Of a stretch of 48,375 nt of DNA, positions 8,623 through 18,911 are shown piece after piece. Each line of letters begins with the position of its first letter. The stretch's first letter is position 1. The notes under the pieces are model-generated. The model saw only the letters and a program-made list of their open reading frames with translations, was not told where the DNA came from and ran no database searches. The DNA comes from Patescibacteria group bacterium. Its GTDB lineage: Bacteria; Patescibacteriota; Minisyncoccia; Moranbacterales; SCTJ01. Position numbers and translations under genes: made by a program. Location of the stretch: NCBI GenBank assembly GCA_004297805.1, contig SCTJ01000052.1:1-48375 (forward strand), written 5' to 3'.

Positions 8623-9552
8623 CTAGAATCCGATGTACTCCACTTCGCGCTGTAATTGCACACCGAATCGATCGCGTACCTGCTGCTTCACAAAGCTTTC
8701 TAACATTATAACATCACTAGCCGTGGCTCCGCCAGTGTTGAGAATGAAGTCCCCGTGCGTTTCACTGATTATTGCTCCGCCCATCTTTTTTCCCTTTAAA
8801 CCGGCGTATTCAATGACCCATCCGGCTGGCAGCTTGTTGCCGCGCGCTTTTGTCTGTTTCTGATTTTCAAATTCCTGAATCAACTCTTGATTCTCAACAG
8901 TTGGATTCATGAAAAACGAGCCCGCACTTCCCATCCCGTGGGGATGAATTGAAACGCGCTTTTGAATAATCTCCCGGCTCTTCTGCTCCAACTCTTCTTG
9001 GCTGCCTAGCGTAAACTCAAACTTAACCGAAAGAATTATCAGCTTTTTATCGTGCTTGAAGTGGCTATCCCGATAACCAAAGGCGCAGTCACTAGCTGAA
9101 TAATCTTCAACTTTTTTCTCGGCAACATCATAGACTCTAACGCTTTTCACCGATTCTCCCGTGGTCCGACTGAAAGCGCCGGCATTGCCTCGCACTGCCC
9201 CACCCACTGTCCCCGGAATCCCCGCCGCCCATTCCACGCCGGCCAAGCCTTTTGCTCCAGTCTCGCGCACAAGCTTCGCCAAAGGCACCCCGGCACCGGC
9301 CTCAACAGAGAGTCCATCGATCAAAAATTCCGCATTACTAAGTTTAATCACCAATCCATTGAATCCCTGATCGCTCACCAACACATTGCTCCCGCCACCC
9401 ATGACAAAAAAATCTAGCCCCTGATTCTCTGCATATTTCAGGGCTTCTAGCAGCTCGGCCTCATTGCTAACCACCACAAAAAACTTGGCTGGACCGCCAA
9501 TGCGAAATGTCGTGAATTTGGACAAAGGAACATTTTCCTGAATATTCAGCAT
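8623..9552 (-). CDS. murB: UDP-N-acetylenolpyruvoylglucosamine reductase
   Basis: LSKFTTFRIGGPAKFF, FVMGGGSNVL and GIPGTVGGAVRGNAGA motifs. ATG at 9550-9552 was chosen because the ORF-track extension to 9690 overlaps the ATPase gene. Confidence 0.9.
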   Translation of the reverse strand: MLNIQENVPLSKFTTFRIGGPAKFFVVVSNEAELLEALKYAENQGLDFFVMGGGSNVLVSDQGFNGLVIKLSNAEFLIDGLSVEAGAGVPLAKLVRETGAKGLAGVEWAAGIPGTVGGAVRGNAGAFSRTTGESVKSVRVYDVAEKKVEDYSASDCAFGYRDSHFKHDKKLIILSVKFEFTLGSQEELEQKSREIIQKRVSIHPHGMGSAGSFFMNPTVENQELIQEFENQKQTKARGNKLPAGWVIEYAGLKGKKMGGAIISETHGDFILNTGGATASDVIMLESFVKQQVRDRFGVQLQREVEYIGF

Positions 9553-9631
9553 AATGAAAATTAATAAAACCTGCTTAATCTGTCTATACTGTATAATACC
9601 ACAACCCCTCGCCACATCTTTCCTGGTAGAT

Positions 9632-12364
9632 TTATCTCCCCTCACCTTTCCGCGCTTCTTCAAAAAAGTATACCGCCATAGTAGTCCCAATCACCATCAG
9701 CCAATCTGGCCATTGGATTGGCAACATACGCAAATAGTGCTGGCAAAAAGGTAGATACATGAAGGCCAATAGAATTAAGACGGAGATGATTATAGCGCCA
9801 ATAACATATTTGTTTTTGAAAAAGCCCAGCGTCGTCGGGGAATATTTATCGCTGCGCGATTGGAGCACATTAGCCATCTGCGTCATGGAAAGCACCGCAT
9901 AGGCAGCGGTAGTCGATCGAATATACAGTTCGCTATCCAGGCTGAGTGAAGTTCCAAATGTCCAGCCACCCCTAAGCATCGACCAGATGAAAGCCGCGGC
10001 CGCACCCGCTGCCATCAGCAAGCCGATGAAAATTATCCGCCAAAAACCTTGCACACTCATGATCCCATATTTGGCATTGGTCGACTTCTTTCGCGACTCG
10101 CCTGGCTCAGGTGGTTCAAAACTCAACGCGAACGATGGGAAAATATCCGTCCCCAAATCAATAGCCAAGATTTGTACCGCTGAAATCGGAGAAGGAATTT
10201 GTAATAGCACTCCCAGGATGACCGTGAACAATTCGCTAGCGTTAGAGGTAAAAACATAGTGCACAAATTTTCGCAGATTTTGATAAACTGTCCGCCCTTC
10301 CTGAATTCCTTTCACAATTGAGGCAAAGTTGTCATCCAACAGAATCATATCCGCCGCTTCCTTGGAAACATCGGTACCCATGATGCCCATGGCCACCCCA
10401 ATATCAGCCCGCTTAAGAGCAGGTGCATCATTCACCCCATCCCCGGTCATCGCAATTATTTGACGATTAGCTTTAAGGATAGAGGCGATCCTCAATTTCT
10501 GTTCCGGAGAAATCCGCGCAAAAATAACGTCCTTTGTTTTTATCCGCTGATAGACTTCGCGATCTTTCAGGCCGGCCAACAGACTGCCGTTAATCAATTC
10601 ATAAGTGCCTTCGCCCTCAATTAGTCCGACATTTTTTGCAATCGCCCGAGCCGTGATTTCATAGTCACCCGTAATCATGATTGGTTTGATGCCCAACCTT
10701 TTGCACTCACGAATAGCCTCAGCCACATCGTTACGCGGCGGATCAATCATGGCCATCATGCCCACCCACACCAATTCGCGCTCAGCTTCTTCCGGATAAT
10801 TTTGCGGAGAAACTCCTTCTAAATTACGGTAAGCGAACGCCAAAACACGCAAGGCTTCTGATGACATGGCATTGTATCTTTCCCGCTCGAGCTCCTTTTC
10901 CTTTGGAGTAAACTTCACCACTTTCCCACCACGCAACATCCATTTAGCACGCTCCAATAAAACATCTGGCGACCCCTTAACATAGGAAACTGTGGCCGCA
11001 TTTTTATAGACCACACTCATTCGCATGCGGTCAGAAGAAAATGGATTTTCAGTCAGCTTAGTTTCTCCCAGCTCAAAAAAATGATCCTGCTGATTATATT
11101 TTCTACCTGCTACTATAATTGCGCCTTCAGTTGGGTCACCGACGATCTTGTATCCTCCCTCTTCTCTCAATAAACTCGCCCCGTTGCATAAGGTTCCAAT
11201 CCTGAACAACAATTCCAGTTGGGGAATATGATTTTGATTCACAACCTTGCCCTGCTGGTAAAAACTTCCTTCCGGCGCATAGCCAACACCTCCAACCTCA
11301 AGCTCTTGTCCATTCACAATAACTTTGACCACAGTCAGCTCATTGCGCGTAATTGTCCCCGTTTTGTCAGTGCAAATAATCGACACCGATCCCAGTGTTT
11401 CGACGGCGTTGAGCTTTTTGGCCAGAACGTTATCCTTGAGCAAGCGCCGCATACCCAAGGAAAGCGCCACTGAAATAGCCGCCGGCAAGCCTTCTGGCAC
11501 GACTGAGACTGCCAAGGCTAGTGCAAACAAGAAATTCTGATACAGAGACAGGTGAAAGTATTGGCCGATAATCACCACTAGCGCTCCAATTGTGAACGCT
11601 AAGATAGTCACGTTTCTCCCCAAAATACGCATCTGCTGCTGCAGGGGGGTAGCCTCTTCTTTCACCTCGGCAGTTAAATTGGCGATCCTGCCCAACTCCG
11701 TTGCCATGCCTGTGGCAGTAACCACAAAATTGCCTTCACCCGTGGCCACAGTTTCACCGCCAAAAACCATATTATTGATATCAGCCAGGACAACGTTTTC
11801 CTCTTTTAGCGCCTTGGCCGTTTTCAACCTCGGCTTTGATTCGCCAGTGAAGATAAAGCTGTTGATTCTCAAATCATAGCTTTCCAGCAAATAACCATCG
11901 GCTGGGACACTATCGCCAGCTGACAATACCACCACATCCCCCGGAACGATCTCGGCCGCATCAATTTCCCGGCGTTCGCCACTGCGAATAACAATCGCCT
12001 GATCGGTCGTCAATCGTTTGATACTTTCCAATATTCTTTCGGAACGAAACTCCTGCAAAAATCCAACGGTAGCATTAATAAAAATAATGATTCCGATGAT
12101 AGTTGCGTCACGATACTCCTGAAAATAAGCAGCTAGGCCAGCTGCTATCAACAAGATCCACACTAGCGCATCATTAAATTGGCCCAGCAAAATGTGCAAT
12201 CCTTTCCAGCTACGCCTCTTGTCGATACGATTTGGCCCTACCTGCTTGAGACGCTTCCCGGCTTCATCGTTTGCAATCCCGTGCGACGTTGTCTGAAATT
12301 TTTCTAAAACCTCGTTTACCTCAAGGTTGTAAATTTTTTTTTCGCCAGTTTTTTTCATGCTCAA
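9632..12364 (-). CDS. Cation-translocating P-type ATPase (P2-type, Ca2+/Mg2+-like)
   Basis: 910 aa. TGES (FTGESKP), phosphorylation site ICTDKTGTIT, PEGLPA in TM4, hinge TGDGVNDAPALKRADIGVAMG. Confidence 0.92.
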   Translation of the reverse strand: MSMKKTGEKKIYNLEVNEVLEKFQTTSHGIANDEAGKRLKQVGPNRIDKRRSWKGLHILLGQFNDALVWILLIAAGLAAYFQEYRDATIIGIIIFINATVGFLQEFRSERILESIKRLTTDQAIVIRSGERREIDAAEIVPGDVVVLSAGDSVPADGYLLESYDLRINSFIFTGESKPRLKTAKALKEENVVLADINNMVFGGETVATGEGNFVVTATGMATELGRIANLTAEVKEEATPLQQQMRILGRNVTILAFTIGALVVIIGQYFHLSLYQNFLFALALAVSVVPEGLPAAISVALSLGMRRLLKDNVLAKKLNAVETLGSVSIICTDKTGTITRNELTVVKVIVNGQELEVGGVGYAPEGSFYQQGKVVNQNHIPQLELLFRIGTLCNGASLLREEGGYKIVGDPTEGAIIVAGRKYNQQDHFFELGETKLTENPFSSDRMRMSVVYKNAATVSYVKGSPDVLLERAKWMLRGGKVVKFTPKEKELERERYNAMSSEALRVLAFAYRNLEGVSPQNYPEEAERELVWVGMMAMIDPPRNDVAEAIRECKRLGIKPIMITGDYEITARAIAKNVGLIEGEGTYELINGSLLAGLKDREVYQRIKTKDVIFARISPEQKLRIASILKANRQIIAMTGDGVNDAPALKRADIGVAMGIMGTDVSKEAADMILLDDNFASIVKGIQEGRTVYQNLRKFVHYVFTSNASELFTVILGVLLQIPSPISAVQILAIDLGTDIFPSFALSFEPPEPGESRKKSTNAKYGIMSVQGFWRIIFIGLLMAAGAAAAFIWSMLRGGWTFGTSLSLDSELYIRSTTAAYAVLSMTQMANVLQSRSDKYSPTTLGFFKNKYVIGAIIISVLILLAFMYLPFCQHYLRMLPIQWPDWLMVIGTTMAVYFFEEARKGEGR

Positions 12365-12373
12365 CTCAACTGC

Positions 12374-13789
12374 TTATTTCGCCGCTAATTGCTTGGTTAC
12401 TTCCCATACATTTCCAGCACCCATCGAGATAACCATATCCTCAGGGCCGATTCTATCTCTCAAATATTCAACGGCTTCAGTTATCCCAACCAAATACTCC
12501 GCCCGTCCGTGGTTATAACGATTCACCAAATCGACTAATTCACTCGACGACACGCCGCCTTGCTGCTCACGCGCGCTTCCATAAATATCCAGAATCAGTA
12601 CCTGGTCAGCATCGTCAAAGCTTTGAGCAAACTCCCCTAGTAATGCCTTGGTGCGCGTAAAGGTGTGTGGATGAAAGATAACCGTCAGCTTTTTTCCGGG
12701 ATAGATCTCTCGCGCGCCCTTGAGCGTAGCCTTGATTTCTTCCGGATGGTGGGCATAATCGTCAATCAAGATGGCTCCATTTTTTTCACCCACAAATTCA
12801 AAGCGCCGCTTGGTGCCTCCGAATTTTTCCATTCCCCTCCGAACTTGGTCGAGATCCAATTTCAATTTGTGACAAACCGCAATGGACGCTGCCGCATTCA
12901 AGGCATTGTGCTGTCCAATCAATTGAGTCTTGAATTGTCCCAAATCTTCGCCCTTAAACGCAATTTGAAATGTTTGAAAATTACTCCTTGAACTTTCACT
13001 TGTGCTTTGTGAGGCAACTGGCAGATTGAAATTTGAAATTACCACGTCATTGTCCGGATGGAAGCCATAGCTGATTACTTCGCATCTGGCGGATTTGGCG
13101 ACGTCCAGCGTGTCAGTACTATCCCCCCAAACAACCAGGAATCCGTGTCGCGGAATACGCGCCACAAAATCCCGAAAGACTTGACGATAGACCTCAACCG
13201 TCGGAAAAAAATCTGGATGATCCCAATCTACACTCGTCAGCACTACCGCAAATGGATCATAGAAGCGCAGCTTGTTCTGATATTCATCGGCCTCAATCAC
13301 AAAATGCTGACCCTGACCTACCAGCGCACTGCCCTGCCAATCCAAAACCCGACTGCCCACAATCGCACTCGGCTCAGCCCCAGCGGCACTGAGGCACGTT
13401 GCTAGTAGGGCTGTAGTCGTAGTTTTACCATGCGTTCCGCAAACCGCCACGCCCAGCTTCTCCCGAAAGAGCATTCCGAGTACTTCAGGATAGCTGAACA
13501 ATTTTAGTCCACGATCAACGGCCAATTTTAGTTCGACATTATTCTCCGGAGTGTAGACCGTCGAATGGATAACCACCTCCGCGTCGAGCGGCAAATTCTC
13601 AACCGCAAACCCTTCAGCACAATGAATGCCTCGCTGATTCAGAATTTCATCTGTATAGAAGTGCTCAGCCGTATCCGATCCAGACACTGTAGCGCCACGT
13701 TGCTGAAGCATTTCCGCAATCGCCGTCATGCCAGCTCCCTTAATCCCGATGCAATAAACTTTTTTGAATTGAAAAGTGTCACTACTCAT
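12374..13789 (-). CDS. murC: UDP-N-acetylmuramate--L-alanine ligase
   Basis: GIKGAGMTAIAEML N-terminus, P-loop CGTHGKTTTT, and overall Mur ligase architecture. Confidence 0.92.
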   Translation of the reverse strand: MSSDTFQFKKVYCIGIKGAGMTAIAEMLQQRGATVSGSDTAEHFYTDEILNQRGIHCAEGFAVENLPLDAEVVIHSTVYTPENNVELKLAVDRGLKLFSYPEVLGMLFREKLGVAVCGTHGKTTTTALLATCLSAAGAEPSAIVGSRVLDWQGSALVGQGQHFVIEADEYQNKLRFYDPFAVVLTSVDWDHPDFFPTVEVYRQVFRDFVARIPRHGFLVVWGDSTDTLDVAKSARCEVISYGFHPDNDVVISNFNLPVASQSTSESSRSNFQTFQIAFKGEDLGQFKTQLIGQHNALNAAASIAVCHKLKLDLDQVRRGMEKFGGTKRRFEFVGEKNGAILIDDYAHHPEEIKATLKGAREIYPGKKLTVIFHPHTFTRTKALLGEFAQSFDDADQVLILDIYGSAREQQGGVSSSELVDLVNRYNHGRAEYLVGITEAVEYLRDRIGPEDMVISMGAGNVWEVTKQLAAK

Positions 13790-13839
13790 AAGTCTTATTG
13801 AGCCAATAGCTAAAACGAAAATGAACCAGGAAGATGCAA

Positions 13840-14946
13840 TTAATCCAGGCCCAGCTTGATCAAGGCATCGGCGATGTTTTCAGCCGCCTGTGGATGATAG
13901 AAGGATTTGATACGCACCCCCATGGCGTCATGCAGTTCTTGATCATTCAAAACCTTGAGAATGCCGTCTAGTAGCATGTGCTTGCTCAAATTTGACTCCT
14001 CCAAAACAATGGCGCCACCAATTTTGGCAATCTCATAGGCATTCATTCTTTGATGATTATTCGCCGAGTGCTCCAGTGGCACCAAAATCGCCGGTTTCCC
14101 ATTAGCCGCAATCTCAGCAATGGAATTGGCTCCGGCCCGACTCAACACCAAATCGGCCGCCGCATAGGCATCGCGCAGCATAGCCTCATCCAAAAATTTG
14201 ACTGGCACATAACCCTCTCGCCCAGCTTTGATACCTTGCTCGCCCGCTCTTTTTACTGACTCGTCATAATCCAGCTCTCCCGTTTGATGGATTACCTGTG
14301 CGTGCACCAGTAGCTCCGGTAAAATACTAATTACCGCCCGATTAAGGGTGCGGGCACCTTGACTGCCTCCAATCACGAATAGCACTGGCTTGGAAGGGCT
14401 GAAATTAAATCGCGGCAAGGCGGCGACCTTGTCGCCAATCAACTCTGGCCTCACTGGATTTCCCCAAACCGCCGTTTTAGAAACTTCGAAATAAACTTGC
14501 GCATGTGCATAACCCAGCACGATATCAGTAGAAAACTTTTCTAACAGCTGATTTGTTGATCCAGGCACGGCATCAGATTCATGAATCAAAACTGGAATTC
14601 GATAAAGCCAAGCGGCTAGTACTACCGGAAACGACACCGAGCTGCCCTTGGAAAATACCACGTCCGGCATATAGACAAGCAAGATCCACAATGACTGCAA
14701 AAAACCAATCGGCACTTTGAAAAAATCGACAAAATTTTGAATCGAAAAATAGCGCCGCCGTTTGCCACTCACAATAAACTTAGCGCGGATTCCCTCCTTG
14801 AGCATGGCCGAACGCTCGATCGGCGCGCCGGAACCGATATATAACATTTCAACCTCGCCTCCCAGCTTTTCCTTCAATTTTCGTGCGACGGCAATCAGAG
14901 GAAAAATATGTCCGCCAGTTCCTCCGCCAGTCAAGACTATCCGCAT
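13840..14946 (-). CDS. murG: Undecaprenyldiphospho-muramoylpentapeptide beta-N-acetylglucosaminyltransferase
   Basis: MRIVLTGGGTGGHIFPLIAVA, GGSQGA, and the C-terminal GT28 domain. Confidence 0.92.
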   Translation of the reverse strand: MRIVLTGGGTGGHIFPLIAVARKLKEKLGGEVEMLYIGSGAPIERSAMLKEGIRAKFIVSGKRRRYFSIQNFVDFFKVPIGFLQSLWILLVYMPDVVFSKGSSVSFPVVLAAWLYRIPVLIHESDAVPGSTNQLLEKFSTDIVLGYAHAQVYFEVSKTAVWGNPVRPELIGDKVAALPRFNFSPSKPVLFVIGGSQGARTLNRAVISILPELLVHAQVIHQTGELDYDESVKRAGEQGIKAGREGYVPVKFLDEAMLRDAYAAADLVLSRAGANSIAEIAANGKPAILVPLEHSANNHQRMNAYEIAKIGGAIVLEESNLSKHMLLDGILKVLNDQELHDAMGVRIKSFYHPQAAENIADALIKLGLD

Positions 14947-15012
14947 AGTATTTTTGAACCTTTTAATTTAGTAACTGATCGGGGTGGACCACTGCCATCG
15001 CGACCCAACTCG

Positions 15013-16128
15013 CTACTCTAGTTTAGCTTGTTTTGAGATATTTACCAAGACGCCCGAGGCCGTCAAAAGGAACACCAGCGACGTCCCACCATAGCTGATA
15101 AACGGCAGTGGCACCCCTGTTAACGGAATTATACCAGTAATGGCCCCGATATTCATGAAAGCCTGAAAAACAATCCAAGCCGTAATGCCCACGGCCAAAA
15201 ATTTTCCGAACTCGTCTGGGGCACGCCTGGCCACTCGAAATCCCCGCACAGCAATCAAAATGAACAAGGCCAAAACCAGACTAGCTCCAAAGAAACCCAG
15301 CTCTTCGCCCACAATTGCAAAAATTGAGTCTCCGACTGGCTCCGGCAAATAGTTGAATTTTTGCCGACTTTGTCCCAGTCCCACGCCTAATATCCCGCCA
15401 GACCCAATCGCAATGAGCGCCTGATTAATATGATAACCAATTCCTTGTGGATCAACCCCGGGATCCAAAAAGGTCAATAATCGATTCAAGCGATATGGTT
15501 CAAATTTGATCAACGCATAGAGCCCAACAATTCCCGCTCCCGCAATAGCTGCCAAGTGAGCTACTCTGGCTCCGGCTGCAAAAAAAATGGAAAAGGCGAT
15601 AAGGGTGATCACCCCCACCGTCCCCATGTCCGGCTGTTCGAGAATCAGAAATCCAATAATGGCCAGGACTCCCAGAAACGGTAGCAACCCTTCGATAAAA
15701 TCCCGAATATTCTTGCGACCCCGACTCTCCACCCAGGCCGCCAAGTAGATAATAATTGCCAGCTTAGCCATTTCCGATGGTTGAAAGGAAAATGATCCCA
15801 ATTGAATCCAACGGTTAGCCCCATAGGCTTTGAGCCCGATCCCCGGGAAAAACACCAGCGCTAGCAGCACCAGCGAGCCGAGAAAAAACGGCACCGCCCA
15901 ACGTTTCCAAACTTGATAAGGCGTCCGCTGCGCTAAATAAAAAAGCACTAGCCCAGGGCAAACTCCAAAAAGTAATTGCCGCTTAAAAAAATAATACTGC
16001 TGACCATCAAAGCGGGTCTGCGCATAAATGACGCCGGCGCCAAACACCATCACTAAGCCAATAGCAATCAATGAGAAAATGCCAAAGACCAAGACTCGAT
16101 CAGATTTTTGCGATTGTTCATTTTGCAT
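15013..16128 (-). CDS. ftsW: SEDS family peptidoglycan glycosyltransferase FtsW/RodA
   Basis: Polytopic membrane protein with SEDS motifs (QPSEMAKL, EQPDMGT, PEPVGDSIFA, PLPFISYGGTS). The ATG at 16128 avoids overlap with trmD. A GTG at 16185 is the alternative start. Confidence 0.88.
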   Translation of the reverse strand: MQNEQSQKSDRVLVFGIFSLIAIGLVMVFGAGVIYAQTRFDGQQYYFFKRQLLFGVCPGLVLFYLAQRTPYQVWKRWAVPFFLGSLVLLALVFFPGIGLKAYGANRWIQLGSFSFQPSEMAKLAIIIYLAAWVESRGRKNIRDFIEGLLPFLGVLAIIGFLILEQPDMGTVGVITLIAFSIFFAAGARVAHLAAIAGAGIVGLYALIKFEPYRLNRLLTFLDPGVDPQGIGYHINQALIAIGSGGILGVGLGQSRQKFNYLPEPVGDSIFAIVGEELGFFGASLVLALFILIAVRGFRVARRAPDEFGKFLAVGITAWIVFQAFMNIGAITGIIPLTGVPLPFISYGGTSLVFLLTASGVLVNISKQAKLE

Positions 16129-16154
16129 ACACCACTTTTGCACTCCCCAGGGAG

Positions 16155-16841
16155 TTATTCTGTTTTTGATTTTTGCTGTCGCCACTCCTCCACCTTTGCA
16201 TGATCACCGCTCAGGAGAACTTTCGGAACCTTCCACTTTTGATAGACCTCCGGCTTTGTGTACTGGGGATGTTCCAAAAATCCATATTCCCGATGCGATT
16301 CCCGCTGAAGACTCTCGGCGTTTTGCAACACTCCTGGAACCAGTCGTGCCACTGAGTCCACAATTGCCATCGTGGGAACTTCGCCACCGGTCAGCACAAA
16401 ATCACCGATGGAGAGTTCCTCATCCGCTACATATTTGGCCACTCGTTCATCCACTCCTTCATAACGCCCGGAGAGTAGCACCAAATGTTGGTAGCCACTG
16501 AGTCGTTTGACATCACGTTGCGTGTAGCGTTTACCTTTGGCTGACAACAGAATAACTCGCACCAAGCGCTGGGGTGATTTTTGTGATCCCCGAGTGATCT
16601 TTTTTTTGATTGCTGCCACGCATCGGTCGAAGGGTTCAACCTTCATCACCATGCCCGCTCCACCGCCATAGGGCGAGTCATCCACCTTGCGATGCTTGTC
16701 ACGCGACCAATCGCGCAGATCATAGGTACTGATGGCAATGTGTCCTGCCGCTTGGGCCCGCTTCAAAATTGAACTGGAAAAATAACTGGCAAAAATCTCG
16801 GGGAAGATAGTCACCAAATGAAAGTGGATTCGTAGAGACAT
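16155..16841 (-). CDS. trmD: tRNA (guanine37-N1)-methyltransferase
   Basis: VTIFPEIF, DDSPYGGGAGMVMK, LLSGRYEGVDERV and LTGGE motifs. Confidence 0.95.
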   Translation of the reverse strand: MSLRIHFHLVTIFPEIFASYFSSSILKRAQAAGHIAISTYDLRDWSRDKHRKVDDSPYGGGAGMVMKVEPFDRCVAAIKKKITRGSQKSPQRLVRVILLSAKGKRYTQRDVKRLSGYQHLVLLSGRYEGVDERVAKYVADEELSIGDFVLTGGEVPTMAIVDSVARLVPGVLQNAESLQRESHREYGFLEHPQYTKPEVYQKWKVPKVLLSGDHAKVEEWRQQKSKTE

Positions 16842-16867
16842 AGATTGTCGTTACTATTTGGGGAAGA

Positions 16868-18553
16868 TTACTTGCGCACTCGCTTGGTTTTCACATACCA
16901 CGCCTCGACACCCGAAAAACGAGCCGAACGCGTGTTCAATTTCTGAGTTGTGAAACCATGCACTGAATCATCCATTGGATACAAATAGTATGGGCTATAC
17001 AGGAAAGCGGCTGGAGCTTCATCGGCGAAAATTTTCTGTAATTCCTTGCTCTTTTCGATACGCGCATCGGGATTGGGCTCGGTTCGAATTTCCTCCAACA
17101 ATTGATCAGCGCGTTTGTTATTGAATAGGGCGAAATTGAATCCAGCATCTTCTCGCTGATTCGAATGCCAAAAGGAATAGGCATCCGGCGAAAATGAAAG
17201 CTCCTGGCCAACCAGCAGCGCGTCATAATCGCGCGGTCGAATGTGATTCTGTTGCAAATCTGAAACTGTCAACTTTTGCAGGTCGACAGCGACGCCGGCC
17301 TCCTTCCATTGCGCCTGTAGAATATCCGTCGTGCGCGACAGATCTGGCCAATCAACCGTGAACAAAGTAAAGTGTAATTCTGTTCCATTTTTTTCACGCA
17401 CCCCCTTTTCATCATTCATCTTCCACCCAGCTTCATCCAAAATCTTCTTCGCCCGTTCCACATCAAACAAATAGTGTTCTACGTCTGGATTATACTCTGG
17501 CATCTGAGATAAAAACGGTGAATAGGTCGGTGTTCCCTTGCCACGTAGCACGTCTTGGATAATTTGATCCCGATTAACTGCAAATGAGAGTGCTTGGCGC
17601 ACTTCTTTGCTGGCTAAGGGTACCGACGCCTTCTGATTGAAAAACACTGAATAATAGCGCGGGATCAGTAGCTCATGCAGAACTTTGTTTTTACTGGTCA
17701 GGGCATCAAGTTTTTCCAGCGGCAAGTTACCAATGCCTTTAACCTCACGCTTGTTATACGCGGCCACCAGCGCATCTTCGTCCAAATAGAAGTTAAAAAC
17801 GATCCGCGAAATGTATGGCTCGCCGTTGTGATATTTTGGAAAAGATGCCAGCTCAATCGAAGACGTTTCTCCACTGGCATTTTTTTGCGCTTTGGCAAAA
17901 GCAAATGGACCAGCCCCAATTGGCTTGGAATTGCCGTCCGCAAACAAAAATCTTTCCGGCGTCACTCCTTCCCACAGGTGACTTGGCAAAAGGCCTAGCG
18001 TGAGCACACCCGGGAATTGCGCATAGGAATCGCTCAACTGAAAAGTCACAGTTCTGTCATCCAACACTTTGGTTTCCACTACCCGCTGCCAGCTTTGCCT
18101 GAGTGGACTTTTGAAAGTTGGATTCTGTAGCACATCCACGGTAAACTTCACGTCGTTAGCTGTAACTCTTTCGCCATCATGCCAAAACAAATTGTCACGC
18201 AAAAATACCGTGTAAGTCTTTTGATCCTCCGAAACTTCATAGCGTTCCGCTAGGTCTGGCACCGGCAAGCCCGCCGCATCATATTTGAACAGTCCGGCAT
18301 AAATCAGTTGCACCAAATCGGCGTCTGATTCATTGGTCTGCGAAAGCAAGGGATTGATATACATCGGCTGCCCAATCACCCCTTCTGCATATTCGCCGCC
18401 CCTTTTGGCCACTTCCACCGTTGATTGGATATACAAAAATCTCACCCACACTGCCAGCGAAGCCAACAGCGCCGCCAGACACAGTGAAACAAACACTTTT
18501 TCCTTGAAAGTGAGCGCTTTGCCAACCCGTGACCAATTCCCGGGAGAGAGCAA
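16868..18553 (-). CDS. ABC transporter substrate-binding protein, family 5 (peptide/nickel type)
   Basis: 561 aa with an N-terminal TM anchor and family-5 SBP-like architecture (YTVFLRDNLFWHDGERVTANDVKFT). No cognate permease is adjacent. Confidence 0.8.
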   Translation of the reverse strand: MLSPGNWSRVGKALTFKEKVFVSLCLAALLASLAVWVRFLYIQSTVEVAKRGGEYAEGVIGQPMYINPLLSQTNESDADLVQLIYAGLFKYDAAGLPVPDLAERYEVSEDQKTYTVFLRDNLFWHDGERVTANDVKFTVDVLQNPTFKSPLRQSWQRVVETKVLDDRTVTFQLSDSYAQFPGVLTLGLLPSHLWEGVTPERFLFADGNSKPIGAGPFAFAKAQKNASGETSSIELASFPKYHNGEPYISRIVFNFYLDEDALVAAYNKREVKGIGNLPLEKLDALTSKNKVLHELLIPRYYSVFFNQKASVPLASKEVRQALSFAVNRDQIIQDVLRGKGTPTYSPFLSQMPEYNPDVEHYLFDVERAKKILDEAGWKMNDEKGVREKNGTELHFTLFTVDWPDLSRTTDILQAQWKEAGVAVDLQKLTVSDLQQNHIRPRDYDALLVGQELSFSPDAYSFWHSNQREDAGFNFALFNNKRADQLLEEIRTEPNPDARIEKSKELQKIFADEAPAAFLYSPYYLYPMDDSVHGFTTQKLNTRSARFSGVEAWYVKTKRVRK

Positions 18554-18594
18554 TTTGATTGTTTCTAAAATACGAATATATTTGAGAAAAATGA

Positions 18595-18819
18595 TTATCC
18601 CCGACTGGCCAGGATGAAGCTAGCAACGGCCAGACAGAGAAATACAACGGAAAGAGCAATCGAAAAATAGAACAGGAATTTCTCTAACCCCCGCTTAGTG
18701 TAATATCCACCGAAATCTCCTCCAAAAGTCGACCCTAGCCCCGCTCCGCGGTTTTGCATCAGAATCGAAATGATCAAAAGCACCGACACTAGCACCTGAA
18801 TTGAATTGATGGTCTGCAT
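18595..18819 (-). CDS. secG: Preprotein translocase subunit SecG
   Basis: VLLIISILMQNRGAGLGSTFGG plus a second TM helix. ATG at 18817-18819 (MQTINS...). Confidence 0.8.
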   Translation of the reverse strand: MQTINSIQVLVSVLLIISILMQNRGAGLGSTFGGDFGGYYTKRGLEKFLFYFSIALSVVFLCLAVASFILASRG

Positions 18820-18911
18820 GAAAATAGGCTGAATTACTAATTGAAAACTTAGCGTATCGTACCAATTTTGGGGCGAAAAGTCAAACGCTGGAAACAAGCG
18901 TAAATGCAGAT

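Noticed and set aside
9553-9690. N-terminal 46-aa extension of the murB ORF.
   Set aside because: It overlaps the 3-prime end of the P-type ATPase gene. The conserved MurB sequence starts at MLNIQENVPLSKFTTF.
16155-16185. Apparent 31-nt overlap between trmD and ftsW.
   Set aside because: It depends on a GTG start for ftsW. The ATG at 16126-16128 removes the overlap and precedes the first TM helix, so I treat the overlap as an ORF-calling artefact.
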